A stretch of DNA of 64,000 nt from an uncultured Planctomycetota bacterium (GCA_963823665.1 CAWGMQ010000004.1:1376001-1440000); one strand, 5' to 3'. Shown: positions 1 to 15,033, counted from the first letter of the stretch. Numbers and translations are program-made. The notes: generated by a model not told the origin, from the sequence alone.

Positions 1-2019
1 ACTGCGCAAGCGCTGGGCGTTGTGTCCGAGATGGTCGAGTATCGCAAGTGGACCGATCCGCTGCTACGTGAAGAAATCGACAAGGCGGCAGACAAATCCC
101 GGCAGAAGCTCCACGCCAGCCTGGCACTATTGCCTGTGGACGCCACGCAGGTCGTCTATCTTCGAGGCCGGCTACTCGATGCCGAACCTCGTGACGTGCC
201 GGTGATCCGAGACGCACTGGCCCCGCACAAGGATGATTTGCTGGACGCGCTGTGGGCGGTGGTGGAAAAGCCCGACAAGGACAAGGGATCGCAGCGGCTA
301 CGCGCGGCGGCGGCGCTGGCGAAGTACGACCCGGTGAGCGAGAAGTGGACGAAACGCAGCCCGCTGGTGGTCAATGATCTCGTGCTGGAAAACTCGCTGC
401 ACCTGGGTCAGTGGAGCGATGCATTCCGGCCCGTGAAGAAGTCGTTGTTTGCTCCGCTGGCCGACATCTTCCGAGATCGCAACTCGGAGCACGCGTCTGA
501 ACGCACGCTGGCAACCAACATCCTTGCCGACTATGCGGCCGACCAGCCGCAAGTTTTGGCCGATCTGCTGATGGACGCCGACGAAAAGCAGTTCGCTGTC
601 ATCTACCCGAAGTTCAAGGATGGTGGTGAGCAAGGAGTGCCCGTGCTGGCCGGGGAGATCGACAAGAGACTCCCGCCCGGCCTGCCCTCCTCGGACGACA
701 AGCGGGAGAAGCTGGCGAAGCGGCAAGCGAATGCGGCGGTGGTTCTCTTGAGGATGAACCAGCCCGCAAAGGTCTGGTCGCTGCTCCAGCACAGCCCCGA
801 TCCGCGTTTGCGGAGCTACCTGATCCATCGGCTGGCTCCGATGGGGGCGGACGCTGGCGCCATTGTGAAGCAACTCGGCACTGAATCGGACCTCACGATT
901 CGTCGGGCGCTCTTGCTGAGTCTGGGCGAGTTCGGCGAGCAGGAATTCACGCCGGACGACCGGAAAGCCGTGCTGCCGAACTTGAAGGAGATGTACCGGA
1001 CGGCGAGCGACCCCGGCCTTCACGCGGCAGTGGAGTGGCTCCTGCGGCAGTGGAAACAAGATACGTACCTGACACAGACGAACGACGAATGGGCAAAGGA
1101 TGCCGAGAGGCGAGAAAGGAAGATCGCCGGGATCAAGGAATTGTTAGCGAAGAACAGGGAGAAGACCCCGCCACAGTGGTATGTCAACACGCAGGGCCAG
1201 ACGTTCGTCATGATCCCTGGTCCAGTGAAGTTCGTCATGGGATCGCCGCTGACGGAAGTGCGCCGCGAATTGCCGGAGGTAGAGCACAAGAAGCGCATCG
1301 GTCGCACGTTTGCCCTGGCCGCCAAGCCGGTGACGCTCGCGGAATACCGGCGGTTTGATGAAGCGTATGTTACTCGGCGAAAGGAGCTGTGGAAGCGCCA
1401 GGTACGCTCGGACGACAGTCCCGCGCTCGGGATGTCCTGGTATCAGGCGGCGGCGTACTGCAACTGGTTAAGCAAGCAGGAAGGAGTGCCCGAGAGCGAA
1501 TGGTGTTACGAGCCGGTGCAAGAGAGCGGGGCCGTGCCTTCGGGCTATAAAGAGGGCATGAAGATGGCACGGAATTATTTGCAGCGCAAAGGCTATCGGT
1601 TGCCGACGGAAGCTGAGATCGAGTATGCGACTCGCGCGGGGGCGGTGACGGCGCGCTATTACGGTGAGACAGAAGAACTACTGGAGAAATACGCGTGGTA
1701 CAACAAGAATGCGCGGGAACAGACGTGGCCGGTGGGGAGCACGAAGCCAAACGACTTGGGGATGTTCGATACTCAAGGAAATGTGTTCACGTGGTGTCAG
1801 GATCGTTTCGACAGCCATCGCCAGAACACTGGCAACGGAATGAGCGAGGACAACGAAGACGCGGTGTTAGCGGTCGCCAGTGCCGATCAACGTGTGTTGC
1901 GTGGCGGCGCCTTCGACAATGTTGCGTCCCTCTTGCGCTCCGCATACCGTAACATGAATGTCCCGGCGACTCTTTTCATCCGTTTCGGTTTTCGTTTGGC
2001 GAGGACTGTTACCCCGTAA
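1..2019 (+). CDS. HEAT-like repeat + FGE-sulfatase (SUMF1) domain protein, probably the C-terminal part of a planctomycete Ser/Thr kinase-FGE protein; 5' end outside window
   Basis: Frame is open from base 1. FGE motifs: FVMGSP, YRLPTEAEIEYATRAG, PNDLGMFDTQGNVFTWCQD, RVLRGGAF, FGFRLART. Confidence 0.8.
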   Translation, partial: TAQALGVVSEMVEYRKWTDPLLREEIDKAADKSRQKLHASLALLPVDATQVVYLRGRLLDAEPRDVPVIRDALAPHKDDLLDALWAVVEKPDKDKGSQRLRAAAALAKYDPVSEKWTKRSPLVVNDLVLENSLHLGQWSDAFRPVKKSLFAPLADIFRDRNSEHASERTLATNILADYAADQPQVLADLLMDADEKQFAVIYPKFKDGGEQGVPVLAGEIDKRLPPGLPSSDDKREKLAKRQANAAVVLLRMNQPAKVWSLLQHSPDPRLRSYLIHRLAPMGADAGAIVKQLGTESDLTIRRALLLSLGEFGEQEFTPDDRKAVLPNLKEMYRTASDPGLHAAVEWLLRQWKQDTYLTQTNDEWAKDAERRERKIAGIKELLAKNREKTPPQWYVNTQGQTFVMIPGPVKFVMGSPLTEVRRELPEVEHKKRIGRTFALAAKPVTLAEYRRFDEAYVTRRKELWKRQVRSDDSPALGMSWYQAAAYCNWLSKQEGVPESEWCYEPVQESGAVPSGYKEGMKMARNYLQRKGYRLPTEAEIEYATRAGAVTARYYGETEELLEKYAWYNKNAREQTWPVGSTKPNDLGMFDTQGNVFTWCQDRFDSHRQNTGNGMSEDNEDAVLAVASADQRVLRGGAFDNVASLLRSAYRNMNVPATLFIRFGFRLARTVTP

Positions 2020-2067
2020 ACGCGTACCCAAGCGGGGTCGAAAACGCAGCGGATCAATACACTTAAT

Positions 2068-2111
<44 letters not shown>

Positions 2112-2237
2112 GGGCATACTTTTATGCGATGCCGCGTCGTAAGTCTTTAATCTATAGTCTGTTGGAGAAATACCCTAGCGGAATGGCGTTTTCCAGGGAA
2201 TCGAGAGTTTTCCGGAGTTTTTCAAAGTTTTACTACC

Positions 2238-2261
2238 GTTTCTCTGCCGCGGCAGAGAAAC
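2238..2261. repeat. Perfect 24-bp palindrome GTTTCTCTGCCGCGGCAGAGAAAC
   Basis: Sequence equals its own reverse complement. Confidence 0.9.
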
Positions 2262-2426
2262 TCTGCGCCGCCGGGCGCGTTCTTCGCCCTCCCCCGCTGC
2301 CAACTCCGAAGGTTGCCGCGTGCCACTACCGCGATGATAATCGAGGACTCCTCCCCCGGTCAAAACAAGCCAAGACTTGTCTGGTGTCTCTCGGCCAAGC
2401 GATGCGCAGCGTGACGTTTTCCCCCC

Positions 2427-2456
2427 AGAGGATTTTAAGTACTCGTTGTCTGCCAT
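2427..2456 (-). repeat. Degenerate tRNA-Leu(TAA) D-loop/anticodon fragment; direct repeat of 30226-30255
   Basis: 24/30 match to 30226-30255 with shared core GATTTTAAGT. Minus strand reads ATGGCAGAC..GAGTA-CTTAAAA-TCCTC. Confidence 0.6.
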
Positions 2457-2732
2457 AGACGTGGCATTGGGCTGACGTAGGAGTGGCGTTTAAGTCGTCG
2501 TCCGATCAGTCAGTTACGTCGCTTGCGTTCCGTAAATAGATTGCAGCCGCATTGGAGTCGCACGGCCAGTACTCTTACCAAATTCTTACCAAGTCGGGCC
2601 GCTCCCCATCCTACCGCCGAGGTCCCCAGGTCGACGATCCCCCCGTTTCGACGGCTGACGGCAGGGCAGCCGGTTCCGGCCTGCATCGGCGACGCGCCGC
2701 TCTCACCGATCTGCTTCCTCCCCGGCCGTGCC

Positions 2733-3194
2733 ATGGTGATCATGCAGGAGATCGCGGCCCAAGCACAACAGTTGCTGGCGGTTGGTTTGAGCCTACGGGA
2801 GGTCGCCGAGGAGCTGGGCCTCAAGCCAGACACGCTCCGCAAGACGATTCGGCAGGGACGACTGATCCGGCCTTGTCCCCAAGCACCCGGTGAGCCAATA
2901 CCCGAAAATGCACCTGGTCCACAACAACCGGCTGCCACCGACAAGTCCACGCGGGCCGCCCTTGATGCCGTAGCCGAATTGGGGACGGCGTGCACACGGC
3001 CTAACGAACGCGTCCTGGCGGCAATCGGTCTTCTCAACGGGGCATCGACCCGCTTTGAAACCTGTCGTGACGTCTTCTTTGGCGGCGTGCTGTGTGCCCT
3101 GCCGGCCTTGACGGAGAACGGGCTGTTTCGACACCTCCACGACTGTCTGGCAGAAGTACAGCCCGGGATGCCCATGCAACGAAGCAGACGCTAG
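2733..3194 (+). pseudogene. Truncated HTH-containing putative transposase remnant
   Basis: HTH-like LSLREVAEELGLKPDTLRKTIRQGRL, then ELGTACTRPNERVLAAIG...FGGVLCALPALTENGL, recalled as the N-terminal part of a large putative transposase family. Ends before any catalytic domain. Confidence 0.55.
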
Positions 3195-3308
3195 CGCATC
3201 GCGGACGTCAGACATCTCGTGAGGGTGAAAACTCAATCCGTGCATTATCTCATTGCCTCTTTGTGGAGTCTGTCGGCGATTAAACCGCCTAAGCGGCAAC
3301 TCTCCCCA

Positions 3309-4707
3309 TCACGAAGACGGCCTCTCCGTGCGCTGACGCGTTAGTAGCAGGGCGAGTGTGCACGACGCCATCCGGCTCAAGCGCCCGTCGGCCCGGCTGG
3401 TAAGGGCAATGGGCACGCGCGCGCCGAGCACGATACCTGCCGGCAATGCATCGGCCAGGTACTCCAGCTGTTTCACCAGCATGTTGCCAGATTCGAGGTC
3501 CGGGACCACGAGGATGTCGGCCCGGCCGGCCACCGGCGAAATGATACCCTTGACCTTGGCCGCCGCCTCCGAAACCGCGTTGTCAAAAGCGAGCGGGCCG
3601 TCGATCACGGCCCCGGTGATCTGCTGGCGGTCGGCCATCTTGCAAAGAGCCGCTGCGTCCAGTGTGGACCGTAGCTTCGGAGTCACTGTCTCGACGGCCG
3701 AAAGGATCGCCACTTTGGGGGTTTCGATCCCAAGCATGCGCGCTAGGTCGATCGCATTTTGCACGATGTCGTGTTTGGCCTCGAGATCGGGGGCGATGTT
3801 GATGGCGGCATCCGTGAGGAAGAGGAGGCGGGGATACTCGGGGGCGTCCATCACGAATACGTGGCTCATCCGCCGGGCTGTACGGAGACCTGCGTCCTGG
3901 GCCACGACCTCGTGCATCAACTCATCGGTGTGCAAACTTCCTTTCATGAGGGCCTCGACTTTGCCGGCGTGGGCCAGGGCGACCGCCGTTGCGGCGGCCT
4001 CGTGGCTGTGCTTGGTCGGGATCAACTCATAAGGCGATAGATCGATTCCCTCGGCTATGGCGGCCGCGCGGATTTTGCCCTCCGGGCCAACGAGCAGCGG
4101 GGTTATCAAGTCGGCCTGAGCGGCATCGACGGCGCCTCGCAGCGAGTTGCCGTCGACCGGATGCACGACCGCCATGCGGATCGGCGCCAACCCCTTGGTC
4201 CGGGCGATAAGCTGCCGGAAACGGGCGCCGGGCTCATGAAGGTGGACCTCGGGGAGGAGGGCACGCGGGCGCTTGACTTTGTCGGTCGGGGCGGTGACCT
4301 GGGCAATGCCGCTGATGACGCGCTCGTCCTTCTGGTTCGTGCAGCGGCAGTCGAAAGTAACTCGGTGCGTCTCCGGGTCCTTGCCGGCGACGGTCACCGA
4401 GACGGTGACGGTGTCTCCGAGGGCGACGGGCGTCATGAATTTCAGTGTCTGGCCGACGTAGATCGTGCCCGGGCCGGGAAGCTTGGTTCCCAGCAGCGTG
4501 GAAATCGAGCGCCCCGCTCCACATGCCGTGGGCGATGATCGTGTGAAAGATGTCGCTGCGGGCGTACTCCTCGTCTACGTGGGTGGGGTTGATATTGCCT
4601 GACATGACGGCGAACAGTTTCACGTCTTCCGGCGTCAGGGTGCGGACCAAGCTGGCGGAATCGCCTACCTTGATCTCGTCGAACGTCTTGTTCTCGATGT
4701 AGTCCAT
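3309..4707 (-). CDS. Bifunctional MaoC enoyl-CoA hydratase / phosphate acetyl(butyryl)transferase; frameshift ~4506
   Basis: MaoC part: FAVMSGNINPTHVD, IAHGMW, LPGPGTIY. PTA/PTB part: LMKGSLHT, TDAAINIAP, DGPLAFDNA, PDLESGNML, LTSRAD. Confidence 0.9.
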
Positions 4708-4808
4708 GAACGCATCCTTCGATCTTGAGTTCTGCCATCGCGCTGGCTGTATGCTGCTTTCCACAGGCGTCGTTCGGTGACGGCGAATTCCCCGTCATCC
4801 GACGACGA

Positions 4809-7575
<2,767 letters not shown>

Positions 7576-7576
<1 letters not shown>

Positions 7577-10500
7577 CAGAGTTCTCCAAGCAAGGGGGGG
7601 TCCTTCATGGGCGAGGCGGTGCCGGGCCCCGGCTCGCGGCTGTGGTCCGGGGCGTAGCTGTCTCTGTCGGGTCGCGGGTCAGACGGAGCAGGCTGCCCCA
7701 CCTGGAGGGGATCCACTTCGCCAGACTCACCCTCTCGGGCGAAGCCCGGCGGGTCGTAGTGCGAGCTTTCGGGGTCGTCCGGGTAAATCGATGGCGAGCG
7801 GGCCCCTCTCCGGCCAATCACGATCGCGAAGATCGAGGGGACGACGAGCAAGGTCGCAAATGTCGACATCACGAGCCCGCCGATAACTGCCAGCCCGAGC
7901 GGTGCCTGCATCTGGCTCCCCCGCTCGAGGGCCAGCGCCATCGGCACCATGCCAACCGTCATCGCGCAGGCCGTCATCAAGATTGCTCGCAAACGTTCGC
8001 GAGCTCCAGCGACGGCCGCCTCGGTTGCGGACGCGCCTCCCTTCCAGTGGTCGTTCATGAACGCCACGAGCATCACCGAGTTAGACACCGAGACGCCCAG
8101 GCTCATGATCGAGCCCATAAACGACTCGATATTGAGTCCGGTGTTGGTCACGTAGAGTATGGTCGCGATCCCCGCGAGTACTCCCGGTACGGCGCTGATC
8201 GAGATCAGCCCCAGGCGCGGCGACTGGAAATAGGCGGTCAAGAGTACGAGGATGACCAACACGGCGACCGCCAAGCCGATCCCGAGCGCCCGGAACATCT
8301 CGATCATTGGCGGGAGCTGGCCCAGAGGCTCGACACGCACACCTGTGGGCGGTTCCCCGGCGGCGCCGATCGCCTTCGCGACCTGGCGCGAGGCCCGGCC
8401 CATGTCCTCACCCTCGACGTTCGCTGTCAGGGTAAGGTAGCGCTGCGACATGTCACGGTCGTATTCGCCGGGGCGGACGCCCTGTCGGACCGTCGCCACG
8501 TCGCGGATCATCAGGTTCACCAGAGGATTCACCGATGCGATAGGCAACGACTCGACGTTTTCTGGCCTGATCATCTTTGTGGGCGGCATCAGCACTTCCA
8601 CGAGGTAGTCAAAGCCCGTATTCACGTCGATCCAGTAGTTGAGATCAGTAAAGCGTGTCGACGATGTCGCCATGACGAGTGCCTTGCGGACGTCGTCGAC
8701 TGTGACATCGCTCAACCCCGCCTTCTCGCGGTCGATGGCGACCTCGACGGTGGGGTAGTCGAGAGTCTGCTCGAACTGCACGTCGCGAAGGAAGGGGATC
8801 CGTTTCATCTCGCTGGCGATCTTTTCCGCGTGCTTCCGGACGTCATCCAGATCGGTGCCGACGAGTTGAACCGCAATCGGCGTGGATGAGCCGAAGCTCA
8901 TGACCTGAGTCACGATATCGCCCGGCGCGAAGCCGAAGGTCGACTTCTTGGCTTGCTCCAGCGCCTTCGCCCTGGGCAATCCGCCCTGCTCCAGTCGAGC
9001 GGCGAGCCACGGAATCACCCGCTCGGGCAGTACCTTGCGGAGTTGCTCGCGAAACTCGGCGAGCTTGATCCCGCTGTCCTCTTCAAGCGCGACGCGCAGC
9101 TGGCCATCGTCAGGCCCGCGCATGAAGAGCACCATGTTGTCGATGCCAAAGTTCGGGGCGACCTGGCCGACGAAGCCCAATGTGATCGCGATGTTCTCGG
9201 GCTTTGCCTCGCGCTCGATCTCCTCGAGGCACTTCACTGCCATCTGTCGGGTCAACTCAAAGTTCGAGCCAGGCGGCGGCCGGAACCGGAGGACGAACTC
9301 GCCCGAATCCACCTGCGGGAACAACTCGGTGCCGACCTGCGACCCGAGCAACCAGAGGGTCAGTGCGCACGCCACGAGATATCCCGGAACCACCCACCAG
9401 CGCAGGCGCACAAACCGGTTTACGGCCTCGCCATAAGCCTTCGCCATCCGATCGAACAGGCCGCGATTCTCCGCGCCATGCCTCTTCTCCTTGAGCAGGT
9501 AGACGCACAAGATCGGTACGAACATGATCGAGAGCAGGTACGACGAGATCATGGCGAACCCGACCGCCAGGGTCAGCGGCATGAAGAGCGACCGGAGCGG
9601 GTCTTCCAAGATGAATGCCGGCACGAATACGGATAGGATGCACAAGAGCGCCAGCAGAATCGGGACGGCCGTGGCGTTGCTTGCGCAACACCGCCCTGGC
9701 GATTTTCGGCGTCGTCGCCATCTGCACGTGCAAGTTCTCGATCGTCACCGTCGACATATCGACGAGAATGCCGATCGACAGCGCCATGCCGCCCAGCGAC
9801 ATGATGTTAATCGTGTTGCCCGTGAGCCAGAGTCCGACGAAGGACCCCAGGAGCGCGAGCGGGATGTTGGCCACGACGACGATCACGCTCCTCCAGTCGC
9901 GGAGGAACAAGAGGATCATCAAGCCGGTCAAGCCCGCGCCAATCGCCCCCTCGGTGGCGACACTCTCGATCGCGGCCAACACGGTAGGTGACTCATCGAA
10001 CTCGAAGCTGATCTTAACCTTGTCCCTGTATTCTCTGGGGATGACGCTATGGAACAAACTCATCGACTTGCGGGTGTCCGCCACGACGGTCAACGTCGAT
10101 CCGGTGTCTTTCTTGATGATCGGCAGATAGACCGACTTCTTGCCGTTGACCAAAGCGTAGCCGTAAGTGACGTCGGTATCGTCCTGTATGGTTGCCACGT
10201 CGCGGATGTAGACGTTTCGCCCTAGTCTGAGCGGAATATCGCCCAAATGCTTGATGTCGACGACCGTCGCGTTGTTGGCGACAACCGGCATTGAGTCCTG
10301 GACATAGAGGTTGCCGTAAGGAATGATCGTGTTCCCCTTTGCCAGAGCATCGACGACCTGTTGCGGTGTCAGGTTGTAGTCGCGGAGCTTCTGGGGATCG
10401 ATGCGTATGACAATCGACCGCATGTTGGGACCGAACGGCGAGATGGCAACCGTGCCGGGGACGTACTTCTGCACCTGGGGACGGATGAGGTTCTGCGCCC

Positions 10501-10975
10501 AATCTCCCAGTTGGCCGAGCGAGGCTTCCGTGCTCTCCAGAACAAGGTAGCCAACCGGAACGCTGCCGGCGTCCATCCGCATGATCATCGGCGGCAATGT
10601 CCCCTTCGGCATCCACGACATCGCCCGGTCGGACATTGCCACGACCTGGGCCATCGCCTGCCCCATGTCGGTGCCGGGGAAAAACGAGAGCTCGCACAGG
10701 GCGACCTGCTGGATGTTCCGCGATTTGATGTCCCGGATGCCGTCGACGTACTGGAAATAGAGCTCGAGCTGGTTGACGATCAATCCCTCCATCTGGTCGG
10801 GACCCATGCCGATGTAGTCGAGAAAGACGTAGATCTTCGGCACGTTGAGCGAGGGGAAAATGTCCACTCGCATCTTGTTGTATGCCAGGGCGCCACCGCT
10901 GATCAGCGCCACGACCAGCATTAAAGTCGTTACTGGTCGCCGCATGGCGAAGATCGTTATGCCCATGGGTCTCAT
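7576..10975 (-). CDS. RND efflux permease (AcrB/CusA family); frameshift ~9685
   Basis: FAMRRPV, TINIMSLGGMALSIGILVD, ELFPQVDSG, RLRAILMTA, PLGLAVIGGL. Confidence 0.92.
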
Positions 10976-11075
10976 CCTCTTCGTGGAACCGGGCCTAAAT
11001 TAACCTGCTGACCGCGACTAGTGACGCCTCTGCGTCTGGCGCGGTCTCTCCAGACAGTACGAGCTGATCTGGTCC

Positions 11076-12069
11076 TTAGCGAGCCAGATCGGTGAGCAAT
11101 GCGATCAGCGCCGCCGGGATTGCCTTGCGCTCGGTCGAGGTTTGTTCGAACGGGGTCAGAACAAGCTGGCCCTGGATCTCACCCACCATCTTGTGCGATT
11201 GACCCTGTTCCAGAGCATCGACTGCGAAGGCCCCCGTTCGACTGGCCAGGATCCGATCCCGGACGGCCGGAGCCCCTCCGCGCTGGAGGTGACCGAGAAC
11301 CAGCAATCGCGTGTCGAAAGTCGCTCCTCGCTCGTTCATCTCCCGTCCGATCCGATGCACGCCGCCTTCGATCGCGCCCTCGGCCACGATGACGATCCAT
11401 GAGGTTTTGCCGCAACGCTGCTCCTCTTGCAGCCGCTTGAGGACTTCGTCGACCTGGAATGGGACCTCGGGAATCAGTGCGGCATCGGCTCCGGTCGCCA
11501 GCGCGGTGTGCATGGCGATCTGGCCGCTATTTCGGCCCATCACCTCGACGAGGAACAGGCGTTCGGTTGCGTCGGCGGTGTCGCGGAGCTTGTCCACGGC
11601 GTGCGCGGCGGTGCTGACCGCGCTCGTGAAGCCGATGCTGACGTCGGTGCCCGAGAGGTCGTTGTCGATGGTTCCGGGACAGCCGATGACCGCGCCATTC
11701 CAGAAGCGGGCCAGGTCGAGGCATCCCCGGAACGTGCCGTCGCCGCCGATTGCGACCAGACTGTCGATCCCATGTCGTCGCAGAACTGTCGTCGCGGCGC
11801 GCAGACCTTCCTCCGTCCTGAACCGCTCGCAGCGGCTGGTATGCAGGATCGTGCCCCCACGATGGATGATATTCGAGACGCTGCGCAGATGCATCTGGTG
11901 ATCTTTCCGGTGGAACGAATAGTAGAAGTCTTCGTCGAGCAGGCCCTTGTAGCCTCGCCGGATTCCCATCACCTCGATGTCCGCGTGGAAGTGCGGTCCG
12001 CACCACAGCACGAATACAGGCATTCATGCCGGGAGCGTCACCGCCACTCGTGAATAATCCGATACGCAA
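11076..12069 (-). CDS. pfkA: ATP-dependent 6-phosphofructokinase; frameshift ~11982
   Basis: TSGGDAPGMNA, GGTILHTSR, IGGDGTFRG, PGTIDND, EVMGR, LGHLQRGG. Confidence 0.95.
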
Positions 12070-12082
12070 GGGTTGAGACTCC

Positions 12083-12307
12083 TCACCGACAGCTCATGAA
12101 ACGTAGGAATCCGTTCCGCAGTGGCTCTCCTCCAAATTCGGCCAGCTCTGGGGTTAGCTGCTGTGCGTCCATCGCCCGCACCCCCGGCAGTCTCCAGTCT
12201 GCGATGGCCGCCGCCGCGCGCGGTCCGGCGGAGTCATCGGGGCGAAGAGAGCTACCGTAGCCGATGACGATGATCTCTTTAGACGTCGATCTACTTGGGA
12301 TTGCCAT
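12083..12307 (-). pseudogene. hoxW: Hydrogenase maturation protease, N-terminal ~60 aa only
   Basis: IIVIGYGSSLRPDDSAG and QQLTPELAE directly after hoxH. Only ~240 bp lie before pfkA, too little for a full protease. Confidence 0.8.
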
Positions 12308-12311
12308 AGTC

Positions 12312-13736
12312 TCAATTCCTCCATAAGTCGTCGTGGACGGTCCCATCCGGGCCGACGAGCCGCACGTGCAGGCGCATCATACCGACAGCGTGGGTCGAAC
12401 AGCTCAGGCAGGGGTCGAATGCGCGGATACCCGCCTCGAGGCGGTTCAGGACGCCCTCCGGGATCGCGGCGCCCTTGACGAAATGCTGCGCGATCTGGGC
12501 CATGGTCCGGTTCATTGCCAGGTTGTTCTGGCCCGTGGCGATGATCAAGTTGACTTTCTGGATTAGCCCATTATCGTCCACGTGGTAATGGTGGAAGAGG
12601 GTGCCGCGGGGCGCCTCGCTCACGCCGACGCCCTCGGGCATGTTGATCCCGGCGTGGGCCCGGAGCCGTTCCGATAGGAGGTCCGGGTCGTCCAGCAGAC
12701 ACTCGATGGACTCAACCGCAGCCAGGATCTCGATAAGGCGTGCGTAGTGGTACCAGAACGATGAGTTCACCGTGCGGCCGCCCCGCTGGCGATACTCCTC
12801 AAGCTCGGCGTCGGCGAGCGGTACCCCGATCCGCGTACACACGTTGAGCCTCGCCAGCGGACCGACGCGGTAGATCCCCTCCGGGTACCCGAGCGGGAGG
12901 TAGTATGGCGATTTCAAGTAGGAGTCGGGCTGGACCGATTCACCGATGAAGTCGCGGTAGCGGGCCGCTTCGAATCCGTCGGCGACGATGTGGCCCTGGG
13001 AGTCGGTGACGCGAATCCGGCCGTCGTAGTGCTCCCACGACCCGTCGGGACCGATCAAGCCCATGAAGAGGGTCGGGAAGTTGCCGAAAGTCTCGGACTC
13101 TTCGCGAAAGCGAACCAGCAGATCCTTGAAGCGGACCAAGGCGGCCTGCACGGTCGCCTTTGCCTCGGGGACGCGGGCGCGGATCAACTCGCGGTGCTCC
13201 GCGGTCAGGGGCTCGCGCACACCGCCAGGCACAGACCAGGCTGCGTGGATTTTTCTGCCCCCCAGAGCCTCGATGATCTCCTGGCCAAACTGCCGCAGTC
13301 GGATTCCGCCGCGAGCCAGCTCGGGTTCGGCCTCAATGAGACCGAAGATGTTCCGATGGGCCGGGTCGCTGTCCATCCCCAGCACGAGGTCCGGTGCACT
13401 GAGATGGAAGAAGCTCAGCGCGTGGGACTGCACGATCTGGGCCAAGTTCATCAGTCGCCGGAGCTTGGCGGCCGCCGGCGGGATGGTTACAGACAGGAGC
13501 GCATCCCCGGCCTTGGATGAGGCGATGAGATGGCTCACCGGACAGATCCCACAGATGCGCGATGTGATCCCCGGCATTTCCCAGAACGGACGCCCCGCAC
13601 AAAAAGCCTCGAAACCGCGGAACTCAGCAACGTGGAACCGCGCGTCGGCGACGTGGCCCTGGTCGTCAAGTTGAATCGTGATTTTGGCGTGCCCCTCGAT
13701 CCGTGTAACGGGGTCGATTACGATTCGCTGCGTCAT
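12312..13736 (-). CDS. hoxH: Group 3d bidirectional [NiFe]-hydrogenase large subunit
   Basis: [11 protein letters not shown]1 motif [22 protein letters not shown]2 motif DPCLSCSTH followed by a C-terminal extension. Confidence 0.96.
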   Translation of the reverse strand: MTQRIVIDPVTRIEGHAKITIQLDDQGHVADARFHVAEFRGFEAFCAGRPFWEMPGITSRICGICPVSHLIASSKAGDALLSVTIPPAAAKLRRLMNLAQIVQSHALSFFHLSAPDLVLGMDSDPAHRNIFGLIEAEPELARGGIRLRQFGQEIIEALGGRKIHAAWSVPGGVREPLTAEHRELIRARVPEAKATVQAALVRFKDLLVRFREESETFGNFPTLFMGLIGPDGSWEHYDGRIRVTDSQGHIVADGFEAARYRDFIGESVQPDSYLKSPYYLPLGYPEGIYRVGPLARLNVCTRIGVPLADAELEEYRQRGGRTVNSSFWYHYARLIEILAAVESIECLLDDPDLLSERLRAHAGINMPEGVGVSEAPRGTLFHHYHVDDNGLIQKVNLIIATGQNNLAMNRTMAQIAQHFVKGAAIPEGVLNRLEAGIRAFDPCLSCSTHAVGMMRLHVRLVGPDGTVHDDLWRN

Positions 13737-13786
13737 GGGCTTGCCTTCGATCTCCGCGCTTGAGCTCTGAACAGGACGTTTCGGTT

Positions 13787-14329
13787 TCAGCCAAACTTGA
13801 TCTCTCGACCATTGAGGTGGGGGATTGCTCCTGCAATCAGTTGTTCCAACACGGCCCGGATCGTCGAAGCGGGCGGAGGACAGCCGGGGATGTAGAAGTC
13901 CACAGCCACGACGGCGTGAACTGGCGTGACCTGGTCCAGCAAAACCGGCAGGATGCCCGGCTCTTTGGGAATCGCCGCGTGGAGGTCGCCGTTCTCCTTG
14001 TAGACTCGCGTGAGGACGGGTAAGGCGGAACCCAGTCGGTTGCGCAGGGCTGTGACGTTGCCCGTCACGGCGCAATCGCCGAGGGAGATTAGCATGCGGG
14101 TCCGCTCGCGCACCCGGTGGACAAAAGCCAGATGCTCCTCGTTGGCAACAGCCCCCTCGACCAGCACCGCATCAACACCCTCGGGATAGACCTTGGCGTC
14201 GATGAACGGGGAGAAAACGAGGTCGACCTTGCCGGCGAGATCGATGAGGAACTCGTCAAGGTCGAGGAACGACATGTGACAGCCCGAGCAGCCACCGAGC
14301 CACACCGTGGCAAGCCTCAAACGATTCAT
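13787..14329 (-). CDS. hoxY: Bidirectional hydrogenase small subunit
   Basis: [26 protein letters not shown]. Confidence 0.95.
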   Translation of the reverse strand: MNRLRLATVWLGGCSGCHMSFLDLDEFLIDLAGKVDLVFSPFIDAKVYPEGVDAVLVEGAVANEEHLAFVHRVRERTRMLISLGDCAVTGNVTALRNRLGSALPVLTRVYKENGDLHAAIPKEPGILPVLLDQVTPVHAVVAVDFYIPGCPPPASTIRAVLEQLIAGAIPHLNGREIKFG

Positions 14330-15033
14330 TGTTTTCTCTCCCGCGCCTCGATCAGGAAGGCGAGCTTGGACCGATCGTGCTCCAGCTCCGCGACGGTGTC
14401 TCCCCGGTGGAACAGAGCGCCGGTGGGGCAGGCCATCACACACTTGCCGCATGACGTGCATGTGGATGACTCGCCCCAGGGCTGGTTCATGTCGGTGATG
14501 ACGCGAGAGAGGGTCCCGCGGCCGGCGACGTCCCAGGTATGTGCGCCCTCAATCTCGTCGCAGGCGCGCACACAGCGCGTGCAGAGAATGCAGCGATTGT
14601 GGTCCACCCCGAACCGCTCGTGGCTGAGGTCCACCTGGCAATCTGGGTTCAGGTAATCAAGCTCCACATGGTCCATACCGACGGCGATGGCCAGGTCCTG
14701 AAGCTCGCAGTCGCCGTTCGCAACGCAGACCGAACAGACGTGGTTGCGTTCGGCGAAGAGAAGCTCCACGATCGTGCGCCGGTAGTGGCGGAGCCGATCT
14801 GTGTCAGTCTGAACGACCATGTCTTCGACGACCTTCGTCACGCAAGCCGGCTGGAGGCGGCCCTTCTCACTGATCTCGACGAGGCAGAGCCGGCAAGCGG
14901 CGACGTCGGTGAGTCCGTCAAAGTGACAGAGGGTCGGGATCGCAATCCCGGCGTCGTGCGCGGCCTCAAGGATGGTCTCGCCCTCTCGCGCGCTGACCAG
15001 CTTACCGTCGATTGTGAGCGTCCTTACTGCCAT
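14326..15033 (-). CDS. hoxU: Bidirectional hydrogenase diaphorase Fe-S subunit
   Basis: [53 protein letters not shown]. Confidence 0.95.
   Translation of the reverse strand: MAVRTLTIDGKLVSAREGETILEAAHDAGIAIPTLCHFDGLTDVAACRLCLVEISEKGRLQPACVTKVVEDMVVQTDTDRLRHYRRTIVELLFAERNHVCSVCVANGDCELQDLAIAVGMDHVELDYLNPDCQVDLSHERFGVDHNRCILCTRCVRACDEIEGAHTWDVAGRGTLSRVITDMNQPWGESSTCTSCGKCVMACPTGALFHRGDTVAELEHDRSKLAFLIEARERKQ

Noticed and set aside
7642..8889. Long antisense/alternative-frame ORFs (e.g. 7642-8889+, 20434-21588+, 56643-57689+, 61117-62139+)
   Set aside because: Shadow ORFs of high-GC coding strands; they overlap well-supported genes and have no motifs.
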